Shown: positions 42,501-57,500 of the stretch, piece after piece
Numbering within the stretch: the stretch's first letter is position 1
Layout: each line of letters opens with the position of its first letter
From: Tubiluchus corallicola
Taxonomy: Eukaryota > Animalia > Priapulida
NCBI GenBank assembly: GCA_030141605.1
Contig: JAQGDQ010000246.1
Coordinates: 62,001-126,000, forward strand
Length of the DNA: 64,000 bases
Reading direction: 5' to 3'
The notes under the pieces: generated by a model
The model's input: only the letters and a program-made list of their open reading frames with translations
Databases searched by the model: none
What the model was told of the DNA's origin: nothing
Position numbers and translations under genes: made by a program

Positions 42501-45500
42501 ACTTTCCCCGTCGCAGAGATTCATCGTTCGGATATCCATTGCTGTCCACACACCAGCACCATTCACCAGAGCATTGCAATGACTCATAAGTGCCATCGTT
42601 ATTACAAGTTGGCACATCAGGTATTCCCATTACATCTACATAAAAATAAGATGCAGCTAACAAGAAATATTAATAAACAAGCTGAAAGTTGCTAAATAAT
42701 GTTTTGCTCTCAAAGAGCCACAGACGTGACTCTCAAAACTATAAAGCTTAAAAAACATCACAAAGAAACAACAAGAATATACTAAATGCTTACTTGATGG
42801 AGCAACACATTCTCTGCCACATCCATTTCCGCAACAAATGCTTCCGTACAGGCAATCACTGTCCACATTGCATTCGACAATGGGCTTACAGTCATTTACG
42901 TTGCTAATAACTGGACATATAGAGTTTTTATCTTCTCTTCCGCTAGGGATGCATATATGCCCACATCCATTAGAACAGCATTTTTGCAGGCTGGGGCAAT
43001 CTAAATCACTGGAGCATTCATTATCGCAGCTTTCAGTATCTTCTATAAGTGGGCATGTGCCAGGAGATTCCAAAACTCGAAGAAATTGAATGACACCCAT
43101 AAGTTGCTGTGTCACAGGTTCTTGGCAAGAATGGCCACAGCCATTGGAGCAACACTTCAGATCTGCATCACAGTCATTATCAGAAAAACACGAATCTGTG
43201 CAAATTCCTCCAGTGCTACGCCCAACTCGTGGACATGTTCCGGGTTTAGCGACTGGGAACAAATTCAACTGTGCTGAGACATTTGTACAATGCATTCCAC
43301 AGCCGGAAGAACAACATTTAAAATCTCCACTGCAATCTCCGTCTCCACCACACTGTATCGTGCAATCTCCAATGATAGGATTTGGTGCTGGACAAGAGCC
43401 CGGTTTCGCTGCCGTCAGCATGCCAAGAACAGGATTTTGACAAGAATGCCCGCATCCATTAGAGCAACATATTTGTACTCCTGGACAATCAGTATGATTG
43501 TGACATATATTCGCACATGGGAAAACCCCAGATATGTACTGGGCAGGTGTTACCTCCGGACATATGCCAAGTTTAGGGGGAAAGAATGCAGGAACCTTTA
43601 CTCTGTAAGCCGGGGCAGTACATCCGTAGCCACAGCCATTATAGCAGCATATTGTACCCTCTCTGCACTCGCTATTACTAAGACAATTGGCTTCACATCG
43701 TACAGGACCTCCCGAAACTGGTGGGCAGAATTGACCTATTTCTAAAATAAAGAAATTGTTGAGTATAATAAAATAATTGACTAAAAGTCAATTGTTGCCG
43801 ATACTTTCAGAAAGGCACACATCTTGTTGTTCAAATTGATTATAAGTTTTACAAATAAATTGCTCAATTTTTTTGGAAAGGTATTTGAAAAAATGATAGT
43901 GGTATCTATATTGGTTTATTGCTAATTTTTTCACGACCTCCTCTACTCATTTAACAGAAGAGAAAGCAACACAAAGCCAAAAGTTAATTCACAACATTTC
44001 ACATTGTCTTACTGCATGTTAATTAACAACTTTAAACAAAAATCATTATTGAAGCATTTGGGCATGCTTAAAACTAAATTGCATAGCTTTTTTACATACT
44101 CCGGCACAGTTTAAGCTGAAATCTAGCACTTGGCAATGCTGAAAATTTGTTACAAAAACATAATCTAAATGGATTTAGTGTTTACAGCAGATGTCTTAGT
44201 TTCATTCCACAGCTGGTAGCAATTTAACGGATGAAACAACCTATAAGTATTTTTTCAGAAATGCAAGTGGACATTGCTACTCACATATTTCCTTACCTTG
44301 AAAAAGTGAGTTTCACATAATTTAAATGCAGTGCAAGTGAATCAGATTTACCTTCATCATCAGCAACTTGCAGGTTGTTATTAACAAATGCCACTTCGCT
44401 TGAACATCGTGACTGACCTAAGCAAAAAATACGAGCTATTTAATTTTCATTTTATTTTATGTGGTAACTACTGTACAAGTAAAAAATTATTAGGGTATCA
44501 GCAGTATGTAACTGTGAAAATAGTTTATTTAAATTAAAAATGTCACAACATATTGTTGATACTACCTTCAGTGCAATCCACCACTTCTGTGCCATTAAAG
44601 AATTTATAGGTACATTCTTGTCCACATGGATATATAAAACACAATGCATTTGGATATGCAGGACAAATCTTGCCAGAACACAGGTCTGGTTTGCACCGTT
44701 GTATCTCCTCTCCTTCAGGACAAACTGAAATAATCACATACATTTGTGAAAAGATTTACTTTACAATTACTAAAGAACACTAAATCTTACTAAACTGTAA
44801 GTATGGTAAGTGTATCATAACTATATTGTAAACTGTTATAGCAACTTCTAAATAACTGAAAAAGTTTTTATGAACAATCATTTAAATTATGTCACAGAAC
44901 GTATTTTGAGTACTTTGAGATATGCCTTAATATACAGCTTTATATAAGAAGAACAACATATCAAAATCTCAAAAACATTTTTTTTATTTTATAAAATTTT
45001 TGTACTTGTCACCTTTGACTTATACAGTGCAAATGAAGAATGCTCCAAAATTAGATAAAACTGAGGCAGTATTTCAAACTATTCAAATTACAAAGCATGT
45101 CTTGGTTGGAGATTGAACAAAGTCTATCACTAAAACTCTTGGACCGCCAAAGAAAGAATCAAACCTGGAGTGTCTTCTAACTTTGCAAGGTCTTCTGGGC
45201 TTGCTTCAGCTAAAGCTAAGCAATCAGGCATTCCCCTAGTCTGTGTGCCTGGAATGCGAGAACCAGTTGCATTCACACACCAGCACATACCCAACTCTGG
45301 AATGCACTGCAGCGGAGATATTAGCGAGATCATGTTGTCCACAGAACCAAATGCCAGGCAGCTACAAAAATGTTTTAATCGAATGTAATATTACAATTTT
45401 AATGAAGAAACCAGTAAGACTTTCCACAAAATTAATGCATTTGTGAATTTTGTTTAAAAATGTTTGTGAATTATGTGAGGAGCACCAAATACAAAAATTG

Positions 45501-48500
45501 CCAGGCACATAAATTACCTTAGTGTTTATATCGCTAATGCTTTTTGCAACAGCATGTCGGCTTTGTCTGATGGGAAAAGTTGAGTTTATAAAACTGGTAA
45601 CTGGGTTTATGTGTAGTATTAAATGCAAACTAATACAGTAACAGGCACAGATAAATAAGTAAGTTATTGTATGTGCTGACAAATATAAACAATAATAAAT
45701 AGCACTATTACTTGGCAATACGCCTTCCTGTGAAATGAAGCCATGATTTCCTACCTATCTTTAACCTACATTGCTATGTACATAAATGAAGTCTTTTAAA
45801 TTTCTATGTTTAGTGACAACAGGAAAAGACAACATCAAAAGTGATTGCTTAGAACAAAGTGACTGCATGGACACATGTGGAAAAAGAAAAATTTAAATAA
45901 AAGTCTAAAAGCTGTGAAATGTAACTGCTCATCTATTTAATCACAAACTAAAGCTACATTGCTTAACTATCCCAAAATGGTTATGAGGCAAAACCAACAG
46001 GTACACAACAAACTAAATAGAAAAGCATTTTTGAAGAAAAGAGCTACTGAAACTCACCCAGGTACAAACACAGGATAACCAGGCTCAGTTCGCGTCAGAT
46101 GAATTGCATCACTAATTACACTAGCGCACAAATTCTGCAAAAATGACCTCTCCCCCAAATCATCCTTTGGACAGCACACGGCAAACCAGTCTAGCGGATG
46201 AACATTGCAATAATAAGATGGAGGACACTGATGAGGCCCTCCACAAGAAACTAGATCACCTGAAATAGATTCACATTATGTGCAGTGCATTAAATAATAC
46301 AAAGTTTACATACATGTAAAATAACGATAGAATGACACTCTTTTTAGTAGCTGACTGTCATAAACATAACTTTTTTAAGTCAGTTTGTGCTGAATAAGAA
46401 ACATAAATACTCAACTCAGCTCTATCAGGAAAAATAATACTTCCTATCATTATCATTAAAAAAACAAGTATCTGTTGCAGAGTTAAACAGTGTATCGCAC
46501 CTCTAGTGACATCTATCAGAGGCTGCAAGCCCCTAGGACAAAATTCAGGTTGAGGTGGCAAAGCACCAAGTGTTGGGAGTCTGATAAAGTCGCCGTCCAA
46601 CCTGGCAGGCGGTTCTATAGGTGCATCTGTAAAAAACATACAGTACTAAAATCAAAAATGAATTAATAACATGTTGCAACAATCTGCAGAAAGAAGAACA
46701 GAGGGGTATTTTTCACTTGTAAACTTGTTCAAAATCTGGCTATTATTTAAATGATCACAAGGATTTTTTTCATACTTTTCATGCATTTTTTCTATAGGAC
46801 TCTGTCATGACAATAACAATATAAAAGCAGCGACATATTTGAAACCTGGCATTTCTGATTAAGTTTCTCAATTTGCTTGTTTTATTTCAGATTATGATAT
46901 CATCTGTCATAAAAAACAAGGTTAAACTCACCTTGTAGACGTACTGGACAGCAAACAGATGGAACATGTTGGAAATCAAAATTACATTCAAAACCAAGAG
47001 GACAGCGGTTACGGCTACTGCAAGTTTGTGTCTGACCATTCTGATGAATCAGTGGTGTACCTTCACGGCAAGGATTGAATGGCTGTGTTTTGTCTGTCAA
47101 AAAATAGAAAATTCTGTTTTATTACATTGACAGAAAATTGTGTTTTTATTACAATTTAAATTAGTATATCTTTCGAGAATGACTGCCGTTAGGTACTTGA
47201 AATATCGAATTTGTAATGTACTAATAAATCATCTCTTATAATAATTTAATTACTTCAGTTACACACAAAACCATTTTTTTAAATTGTCTTTTTTCAAGTG
47301 GAATAATTTAAACAAACCTGCTTTATAAACTTTTGTTATGAGAGAATTGTGTATTGTTATTGTTTAAATGTAAACTGTGAAAAATTTTGGCTATCACAAA
47401 TGTGCATCAAGTTGCTGTTCATAATATAATATTATTAGAAGAACTGAACTGTTTAATTGAAGAAAATCACATAATGCTTTTATAAAGTTTCTTTGAACTG
47501 ACACCTTACGAAAGAAGCCATTATTTACTCATAATAGCTTATTTAATTTTGTTTTTAGTTCCCACACTTCCACAAAAAGGTTTTGTATTCTAAATCAGCA
47601 ACTGCAAATGATATGTAATAAAATATAACACATATTAATTCTCTTGGTATATAAATATAAATGTCTGCAAATACGCATCTATTTTCCAGTGCTACATCTT
47701 CAATGATGGCACCATTTTTGGTAATCTTCAAATCAAACAAAAGATTTGGATCCAGTGTGATAGGCCACCTGGAAGAAAGGCAGGCCAAATCTAGGAGTTT
47801 CCAGACATACCTATCTGATTTTTTCGAAATTTTACCTGAATACCAAGTAGAAAAAAGTGTGGAACTTTTTGGAGGTCTCGGAGGTGGATTTATAGCCCTT
47901 TGGAAAGAGAACGAAATGGGATACATAATAATATGCTTCATTTACAAATATATTTACCATGGCCTAATAAAACAAGGTAATTGCAACTCATTTTTTTGCA
48001 GTTTTCTCAATGGGAACATATAGGCTGCCATGCTGTGGTTAGCGAAATTACCCATTATAGTCTGCCTTCAGATTTTGCTTCATCAGACTGGTTGTTAAAA
48101 TAAACATCTATTAACAGGTATCACTTAGATACCTTACCAACATTATGGGAGCAACAAAGACTATGAAGAATGTTCCTCTGTTAATAATCATTAGTTGATT
48201 TATCTGATAACATTTATCGTTTTACATAGTTTCGACTATACACAAAATATTTTTGCAGGTTTCATATTAGGCTGTTGTTGTTGCTGGATGTAAAAACTTA
48301 TTACTAATCTGATTCTAGAAACAGCTGACTAGATAATCTCTTGGTCTTTTGCTGGCTATTCTTTGCAATATTTTTTAAATTGTTTAATGTAATATATTTG
48401 TATTATGTGTATGATACAGAAAAATAAAGATTATGTTATGCTATCATTCTGTTGTTGTCGCTGTCGTTGACACTGTCATCCTATTGGTAGTGTTTAGCGG

Positions 48501-51500
48501 TTTGGGTGGTGCAGATAATGTGAGGTGGATGCCTGGGTGGTACAGCTAATGTAATGTGGATGCCTGGGTTTTTGTGGTGTGAGAGGCATAGGGTGATGTG
48601 GGTGGTGTGGTATGGTGGATGTGGTGTGCTGTGCTATAAATGGGTGTGTGGCTGTTGTGGAGAAGGTGATGAGGTATGGGTGGTGTAGAATATTGGGGGT
48701 TTATGCACAAAATTGTTTTGCGAGATTTGGCTAATTATTAGAGAATTCCTTCGCATCTAACTGCAAAACTTGATTAAATATAACCTTAAAGCAAAATCAC
48801 ATTGACAAACTCAATAATGAGGAATTTTATACTTTTTATACTTTTCTATGAATGCTTAACTTACATTAATTTGTCTAGTTTAAATATATTAAATAATGTA
48901 CTCACTTCTGACGCACGTTCGCATGCACTCAGCTTCATCCGGAAAATTATTCTCATTTCCAAGGCAACCACCATAATCAAATATGTGACACAATTCTGTA
49001 CTGGAGTTATACCACCAGCGCTTAAAGTTTTGTCTACAAGGACCGCTGTCTGCTTCTTGTAGGCACATGGGATTAACTATCAGATCTGGAATATTAGTTA
49101 ACATGCACACAATCAATCAGTTAGCCATGCAAACAAGCCATGCAAAGCAAATTATTGTTTCATGAAAGTATAAAATTTTCAAGCCATGCAGGAAAAAGCT
49201 GTTGACACAATTTGACACAATAAATTTTGATTAAGTGGTCTTTAACTACAATCAAGCTGACTGCATCTGTAAATTTCTCACTAACAACAGATGTATCAAC
49301 TTCTCACAATGTTGATCACAAAATTTTAATGTAAATTGTAAATCTTAAACAAATAACTGCCATGCAGAACAAATACAATAGCCCTGCAACAAAAATTTGG
49401 CTCATAACTATTCTTTGCAAAGTGCTATCAATTTTCTTGCATGCAGAGACAGGTTCAACGACACTCACTTTTGTTCAACAAACTAAACATGAATAACGCA
49501 TCAACATCTCAATCAAGCTCATATTCAGAATATGATTGTAAAATGCAAGCAAAGGCTGTAAACACAAAAACTGCCACAACTAATCTTGTAGGGGCTATGG
49601 AACAAAGTACTTGCAGAACATCTAAGAGGTTATTGCAGCCATTGTGTAGAACCAACAAAAAAAGCATGCAAAAACAGTAACTGATGGCAATCGGGAAGAT
49701 GAAAAATTAAAGATAACATATTGGTTTATATTAGCGTCAAAGTCTTGCAAGCCCACAGACAGAACTGAATCATGGAACTGTCTAGCAAACTCAAGGAAAG
49801 AGCTGAATTTGGAAAGCATGCAAACTTCAACAAACAGCACTTTTAAAAATAAATTAAAACAAATTTACGATAAAAGCATTATGTTTATTGCGTGACGCAT
49901 GTACATTCATATATGTATACATACAGAACAGTTAAAGACAACTATGGTGATGCGGTGGAATCTTCATTGCAGAGGAAATTAAAAGCAGAATTAACCTTCC
50001 CTGGATAGTTTAGTTCTTCTATTTTCATGCTCAAAAATATGCTCTTGTAACTTCCACATTTATGTTATAATTATAATCCTTACATCACAGTCTGGAGCCT
50101 CTGCACTGTGCATAACTAAAAATTATATATTCATTGAGTCACAGATAGCACTTTGTATAAGAACAGTCTTCAAGTAATCACATAATAATATAGTGTAACA
50201 CAAATATATTAAAATGTGGCAAACTGCCTATGAATTTGATTTAGAAATTACCTAAGACAGTTTATTGTGTACAACAATAAACTGGTAGTAATATCAACTG
50301 CACCTATACTAGTAGATCTAGTACTAAAAGAAATAAAATAAAAAACTAGAAAACTAGATTATGCTTTAATCTAAGACTTTGGCACAAACTGTAAGACTAT
50401 ATATATAAATTTATATACTAGTAGATCTAGCACTAAAAGAAATAAAATAAAAAAACTAGAAAACTAGATTATACTTTAATCTAAGACTTTGGCACAAACT
50501 GTAAGACTATATATATATATATATATATATATAGTGTGTGGTTCTACATATGTTTCTATCAGGCATATAATTTTTAGAAATTTAGTTTCAAGATTTATTA
50601 ACCTTTTTGCTCACGGCCTGAGAAAAACTAAAAAAGCTTTTTATAACTGGATATTTTATTATTTGGCACATAATTATTATTTTTAAGCTAAATAAAAATA
50701 AAACACTTCATACTGAAAAATTACTAAAGCTACTTAAGTCAACTGTGTAATTTCTTCAACTTCGCCAGGATCTAGCGACTTTTGGCACAATAATTCATGC
50801 ATTCTTCATAACTAACGAAGTTGTTATGATTGCCGAGGCAACCACCGTAAGAGAATTCCACACATCTTTGTTCTTGCACATTATAGAAGTGCCGAATATT
50901 ATTTGCGCGGCACGGACCACGATCAGGATCAAGAGTACACACAGCCAGGCGAGGATCTGTAACCTGTTTATGGCAGCGTTGATTACACTCCTCTATGGTT
51001 TCAAAATTGTTCTCATTTCCTCCACACCCACCATAGACAAATCTTTCACAGGTTCTTGTCTGTGAATTGTAATAGAATCGTGGAAAGTATGCACGGCAGT
51101 GACCAGTTTCTGAAGGGAGTTGACATATATCTCCTTTGTTGGAACCTAAGGACATTTAAAGATTAAGCATTGAACTGTTAAACTCATGGCCTCTGAATTG
51201 AATGGTACTGAAAAGTCGATCACAAAAAAAAGAAAACAGCTGACATTTGTAATAGTCAAACTATGAAAACCTAAAAATTGTAAAACCTTTAGAAATGAAA
51301 GTCAAACAAATGCCACGATTGTCGTCACCTTTATGTCTCGTCTGCATTTCCGCACTCATAACTGAGTAAGACGGGCAATGGCTTTTCACAACAGCACTCT
51401 ATCCTGTGCTAGTTCTTTCTCATTTCCCATCAAGTTCACATCACCTTGCACACACCCTTTCCATAACTTCCCGGTGGTATGTGCCGTGCCGCCTTCACCC

Positions 51501-54500
51501 TCATCACCTCTACAAGGTGTTCCCTTCTGCCCTCACTAAATGACCAAACTCAACCTTTTCTGCCTCAGGTCATCATCAATCTCCCTACACCACAGTTCAT
51601 TTCTACCTTTTCACTGACAAATCTCGTCATTCCATTGCACATGTGCCGTGTAGACATTGTGCGACCAGTACTATGTATAATCTTTTCGAGTACATCATTC
51701 ATACACCATGGCTTTGGTCTTCAGCGATAAACTATTCTAACCAACAGGCTGACAATATTTCTCCATTCCTGTTCTAACATATCCTCAAATAAAAAAATGT
51801 AACAATTACAGAACCTCTTCTACAATCTCTTCAGCCACTACCAGACTATTATCAGGATAGCCTTTTTCTCTTCATCTCTTCCTTTTTCACTCTTTTGCTA
51901 TAATCTAATGTCCTTACACCTGTTAGACGTTAAAATCTTTTACTACCTTCAAAATTTTTCATCCTAAACTCACTGAACGATTGCTAAACAAATATAAATC
52001 AAACGTAGAGAAATGGTAAATCAAAAGAAGAATAAAAAGTTAGTAAATATGCAATGTGTAAAATTTAACGCCACAAATGAAAAACTATTTATTCTTTACT
52101 AAGAAGAATACAGTGTGTTTTGGGCTGTGACACATCTAGCCTGCATGTTGTTCCAACCCTATTGTTTATTTTAGAAGTAGCAAACACCAAATTCAATAAT
52201 TTGAGAACTTCAGACATCACAATAACTACAGTAAGTTCAGAAAACCACTATTTGCAGAAAGTAATAACTTAATTCAGAAAACCATCATTTGGGGTAGCAC
52301 AGGTGCTTTAGCTGAACATTGACAACAAAATTGGCAGCTTCACCATGTCTATTATACTTGAAATGCACAGATGTGGAAAAGGTATACTTGCTTTTTAAAA
52401 CCTCATCAGAGCTAAGAACCTCCTGTAACAAAATAATGTAATCCAAAGATTAAAAAATGCCAAAAGTTTAAAGAGTCTAAAAAGAATATTAGTATGCACG
52501 CTCAAAGGGAAGATATAGAGATTTCGACGTTCAGGCTTAAAATAAAGCAGTAATATTAAAACAGAAAGTGAATGTTCAGCCAAAATTAGAAGAAACTAAC
52601 CCGAATAAACAAGGTTGATAGGGCAACAGACAGACCGAGACTCCTTCGTAGCCGTGTTACATTTATATCCGCTAGGACAAGGGCTTTCTGATGAACATGT
52701 CTGATTCAGTGGTTCACCAGCAGGACATGGATTTATCATATCTACTGAAATGAATGGCAGTAAAAACACTTAAACGCAAGATAAAACCAGACAATTACTA
52801 GATCAAGAAATGATAAGATATTAGATAGAGTAATGATGAGCAATCAAAAAATGCACAAGAACATAATTAGCTCAGTAATAGATTGCTTGTATGAAAGGCA
52901 AAACTACTTGCTAGATAAAGTTAACCAAAGAAACAAAAGTGATTCAACATTTTTCAAATTAAAAAAAAGATTTGTTAAAAAACAAGAAATACATGAATAT
53001 ACCCACAATTGTTAAATACTATTAATTAAATGACCAAATGGGGAAAAATGCGAAAAATTACACTGAGCTGGAGTTTGGGACCTTTGGATAGCAATCCATC
53101 AAGTAGATCCACACAGACTCAGTGATCAAAGCAACCTTTTCTGCAATCATAATAGCTCACCAACCAGTTTAGAACTTCCAAATACTTACACTATAATAAA
53201 TGCTAATTAAGTATCAATTAATTTAGAACTTAGAACAATCTATGGGTTGCCCATGCTTTCGACATTACTTCCACTTTGGTCATTGTGACAAATGCTGGTT
53301 TCAGAAATTTAAAAATTGTGGGTTTATTCGATAATAAATTGAAATTCTTGAACTTACGATTGCAAATAATCAGGGAACAAAATAATTTGGTCATAATAAA
53401 AATTATATTACATGCAGACAGAGACATTTTTTCACCAAAACTTTGAAACCTTAAACATAAGGGCAAAGTAAAAGCACGTCACAAATACATGCAAACAGAA
53501 GTAATGGCAAACTGGGAACTACATGATTTGTGTGCAGCACGTTGCTGCATGTGGATGAATTAGAATGATCAGAAACCATAAGAACAAGCTAACAAACTAA
53601 CGATGCAATGAAAACCTAACAAACTCCAAGGGAGAACAACTCAGGGGTAAAGTGAGCAAAGGCTTCTTTAAAAACACACTGTTCAATTAGAAACAAACAA
53701 ACTGCCAAATGCAACATTAGGATAAGGATTAGAAACTTTGTATGGCATCCAAAGAAGATTTGCATGAAACAAAGAGACAAAAAACCCAAATAGTAATCAA
53801 CGAAACCTTAACTACAACAGCCAAGTGACAAATGTTTCTTGCATTTCAAAGCCTTTAGAAAAAAGCCACTTAAATCACAGTAAGGAATTGCAACAACAAA
53901 AGAAAAACATACGGTATATTAGTTATGGTTCCATAGAGGCAGGAAAAATATGATGTAAGCCTAACCTGAAGTTTTACAATGTCGCTCGCATTTACCCCTC
54001 GTAGGAAAATTATTCGCGTTGCCACCACAACCAGTGTAATAAAACAATTCACACGAACCAGTTCTGTGATTGAACCACCATCGAGCTATCTGATTATTGC
54101 ACTGCCCACCAACATCCTTCGGAAGCAGGCACATTACTACAGAGAACCAATACTAGTAAACACCTCAAAAATGCTTATTTAATTATGTTTTATGGCAAAC
54201 CTGACACCCTGTTGCTTTCACATAGGCAGAAAAATATCTCGCTATGAATTTAGTTAGCATCAAGTTAAAAAATAAAATTTAGCAGCTGAGTTATGTAGAC
54301 TGCTCGTTCTTGTCACAATTTGCAGAAAGCAGTTAAGCGATAACAATGACTTACCTCCTGTCTCAGGGGGCTCTTGTACAGAACAACAAACAGCCGGCGC
54401 ATCTTGAACATCAGTATTACATTCATATCCAGCTGGACACGGGCTTCGTGAAGAACATGTTCTAGATCCAACTGATGAACTTTCGTCAGGTATTATGTCA

Positions 54501-57500
54501 CCTCCTCTACAAGGATTGAATGGCTCAACTAGTAAAACCAAAAGACACTGTGTTAAGGCAATTCAGGTTGAACTAAAATTTGTAAATAAAGCCAAAATGA
54601 AAAATTATTAGCAACACACAACAAAGCATTTACGAAATGCACATTAATCACTTACAGCTACTTATATTTCAAATCACTTGTTATTAGAAAGTTAGATTAA
54701 TACCTGGTCCAACTTGAGGTTCAGCACATATCCTTTGACCTCTACACGCACCAGGTCCAGGACAACAAAGCTGGCCAGACTCGCAATCTGATTTGGAGTT
54801 ACAAATGGCTTCATCCGGACAAAAGAACAAATTGTCAAGGTTCGGACATCTTCCCTTCTCACACTCGCCAGTTGAAACTCTTGTAAGCTCTGGATTTTCT
54901 CTTCTGGCACAATCCAACATGCAAGGGTTACTGTATGTGACACCATCGCTGCCACATTGTGGATTATATTCCCTCGTACATATACATGGTCGAATGCGAT
55001 CCCTATCACGGCATTCCCCTATGGAAACTCGGGTTAGGGATGGATTCTGTCTTCTGGCACAGTCTAATTCACAAGGATTTCCATACGTGACTCCATCACT
55101 GCCACACTGAGGATTGTATTCCTGTGTACAAATACACAACTGTGGGACAGAGCAACAAACAGCTGGCATGTCTTGAACATCAGTGTTACATTCATATCCA
55201 GATGGACATGGGTGTTGTGAAGAACATGTCCTAGATCCAACGGATGAACTTTCGTCAGGTATTATGTCACCTCCTCTACAAGGATTGAATGGCTCAACTA
55301 GTAAAACCAAAAGACACTGTGTTAAAACAATTCAGGTTGAACTAAAATTTGTAAATAAAGCCAAAATGAAAAATTATTAGCAACACACAACAAAGCATTT
55401 ACGAAATGCACATTAATCACTTACAGCTACTTATATTTCAAATCACTTGTTATTAGAAAGTTAGATTAATACCTGGTCCAACTTGAGGTTCAGCACATAT
55501 CCTTTGACCTCTACACGCACCAGGTCCAGGACAACAAAGCTGGCCAGACTCGCAATCTGATTTGGAGTTACAAATGGCTTCATCCGGACAAAAGAACAAA
55601 TTGTCAAGGTTCGGACATCTTCCCTTCTCACACTCGCCAGTTGAAACTCTTGTAAGCTCTGGATTTTCTCTTCTGGCACAATCCAACATGCAAGGGTTAC
55701 TGTATGTGACACCATCGCTGCCACATTGTGGATTATATTCCCTCGTACATATACATGGTCGAATGCGATCCCTATCACGGCATTCCCCTATGGAAACTCG
55801 GGTTAGGGATGGATTCTGTCTTCTGGCACAGTCTAACTCACAAGGATTACCGTACGTGACTCCATCACTGCCACACTGAGGATTGTATTCCTGTGTACAA
55901 CTACACACCACAACAGGGACAGAGCAACAAACAGCTGGCATGTCTTGAACATCAGTGTTACATTCATATCCAGATGGACATGGGTTTTGAGAAGAACACG
56001 TCCTTGATCCAACGGATGAACTTTCGTCAGGTATTATATCACCTCCTCTACAAGGATTGAATGGCTCCACTAATGAAACAAAATGTTTTATAATTATAAC
56101 TTTTTCTTGTAAAAATCTTGACATAGTAATAACTGAAACTGTTAATTATTGCTGGTTGTCAAGAAAGCATAAATGTCATTTCTTATTTATAAAGACAATT
56201 GAAACATAACTATTTGCATTTCATAGATGTCTAACAAAACAAGAAATGTACGATTATAATTTTTGATATAAATCTTGCGATATATAGTTCAATCAAAAGT
56301 ATTTTCGAGTGAAGTTATTTCAGTGCTTATGTCTGCTGTCCATGCAAATAATAATACCAAATAATATTACTATTTACATAAGCAAATACAAAAAAACAAA
56401 GCACATAATTTGAATGACAATGTAAATAGAATGTGCTAAGCATTAACTAAAGCATAACAAATGTTGGGTATCACACACCTGCATTCATTGCTTCTTGATG
56501 CCTGCATTTATTGTCTGCAACCATACCAGGTGCAATAAAATATACAAATTAAAAAAACTGAAACTGCTTTACTATTAAAATATACAAAAACAAATCTATT
56601 CATCAGAATGTCTGAAATGAACAGAATACCGAATTATACAGCATCAAATTATAAGCACTGTATCTAAAGTTAAATACCTGGTCCAACTTGTGGTTCTGCA
56701 CATATTTTTCCTCCTCTGCAAGCTCCCGGTCCAGGACAACACAGCTGACCTTGCTCACAGTCTGATGCAGAAATGCAGATGATGTGTTCAGGGCAGAAAA
56801 AGAAATGATCAAGATTTGGACAGTTCCCTTGAGGGCACTCTCCTACTGATGCTCTTGTAAGTGCTGGATTCTGTCTTCTGGCGCAGTCTAATTCACAAGG
56901 ATTTCCGTACGTGACCCCATCACTGCCACATTGAGGATTGTACTCTTGTGTACATATACACAACTGTGGAACAGAGCAACAAACAGCTGGCATGTCTTGA
57001 ACATCAGTGTTACATTCATATCCAGACGGACATGGGTGTTGTGAAGAACATGTCCTAGATCCAACGGATGAACTTTCGTCAGGTATTATGTCACCTCCTC
57101 TACAAGGATTGAATGGCTCAACTAGTAAAACCAAAAGACACTGTGTTAAGGCAATTCAGGTTGAACTAAAATTTGTAAATAAAGCCAAAATGAAAAATTA
57201 TTAGCAACACACAACAAAGCATTTACGAAATGCACATTAATCACTTACAGCTACTTATATTTCAAATCACTTGTTATTAGAAAGTTAGATTAATACCTGG
57301 TCCAACTTGAGGTTCAGCACATATCTTTTGACCTCTACACGCACCAGGTCCAGGACAACAAAGCTGGCCAGATTCACAATCAGATTTGGTGTGACAAATG
57401 GCTTCGTCTGGACAAAAGAACAAATTTTCAAGGTTCGGACATCTTCCTTTCTCACACTCGCCAGCTGAAACTCTTGTAAGCTCTGGATTTTCTCTTCTGG

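Noticed and set aside
47555-48023. Overlapping 120-128 aa ORFs on both strands
   Set aside because: No recognisable domain and no phase 1-1 splice solution; probably repeat-derived intron sequence
48440-48760. GT-rich tract that could encode a His/Pro/Thr-rich exon on the minus strand
   Set aside because: Stops interrupt the frames following the candidate acceptors and no matching donor was found
49511-49668. Short hydrophobic minus-strand ORF as a signal-peptide or anchor exon
   Set aside because: Ends in a stop without a usable donor; hydrophobicity is expected from T-rich sequence
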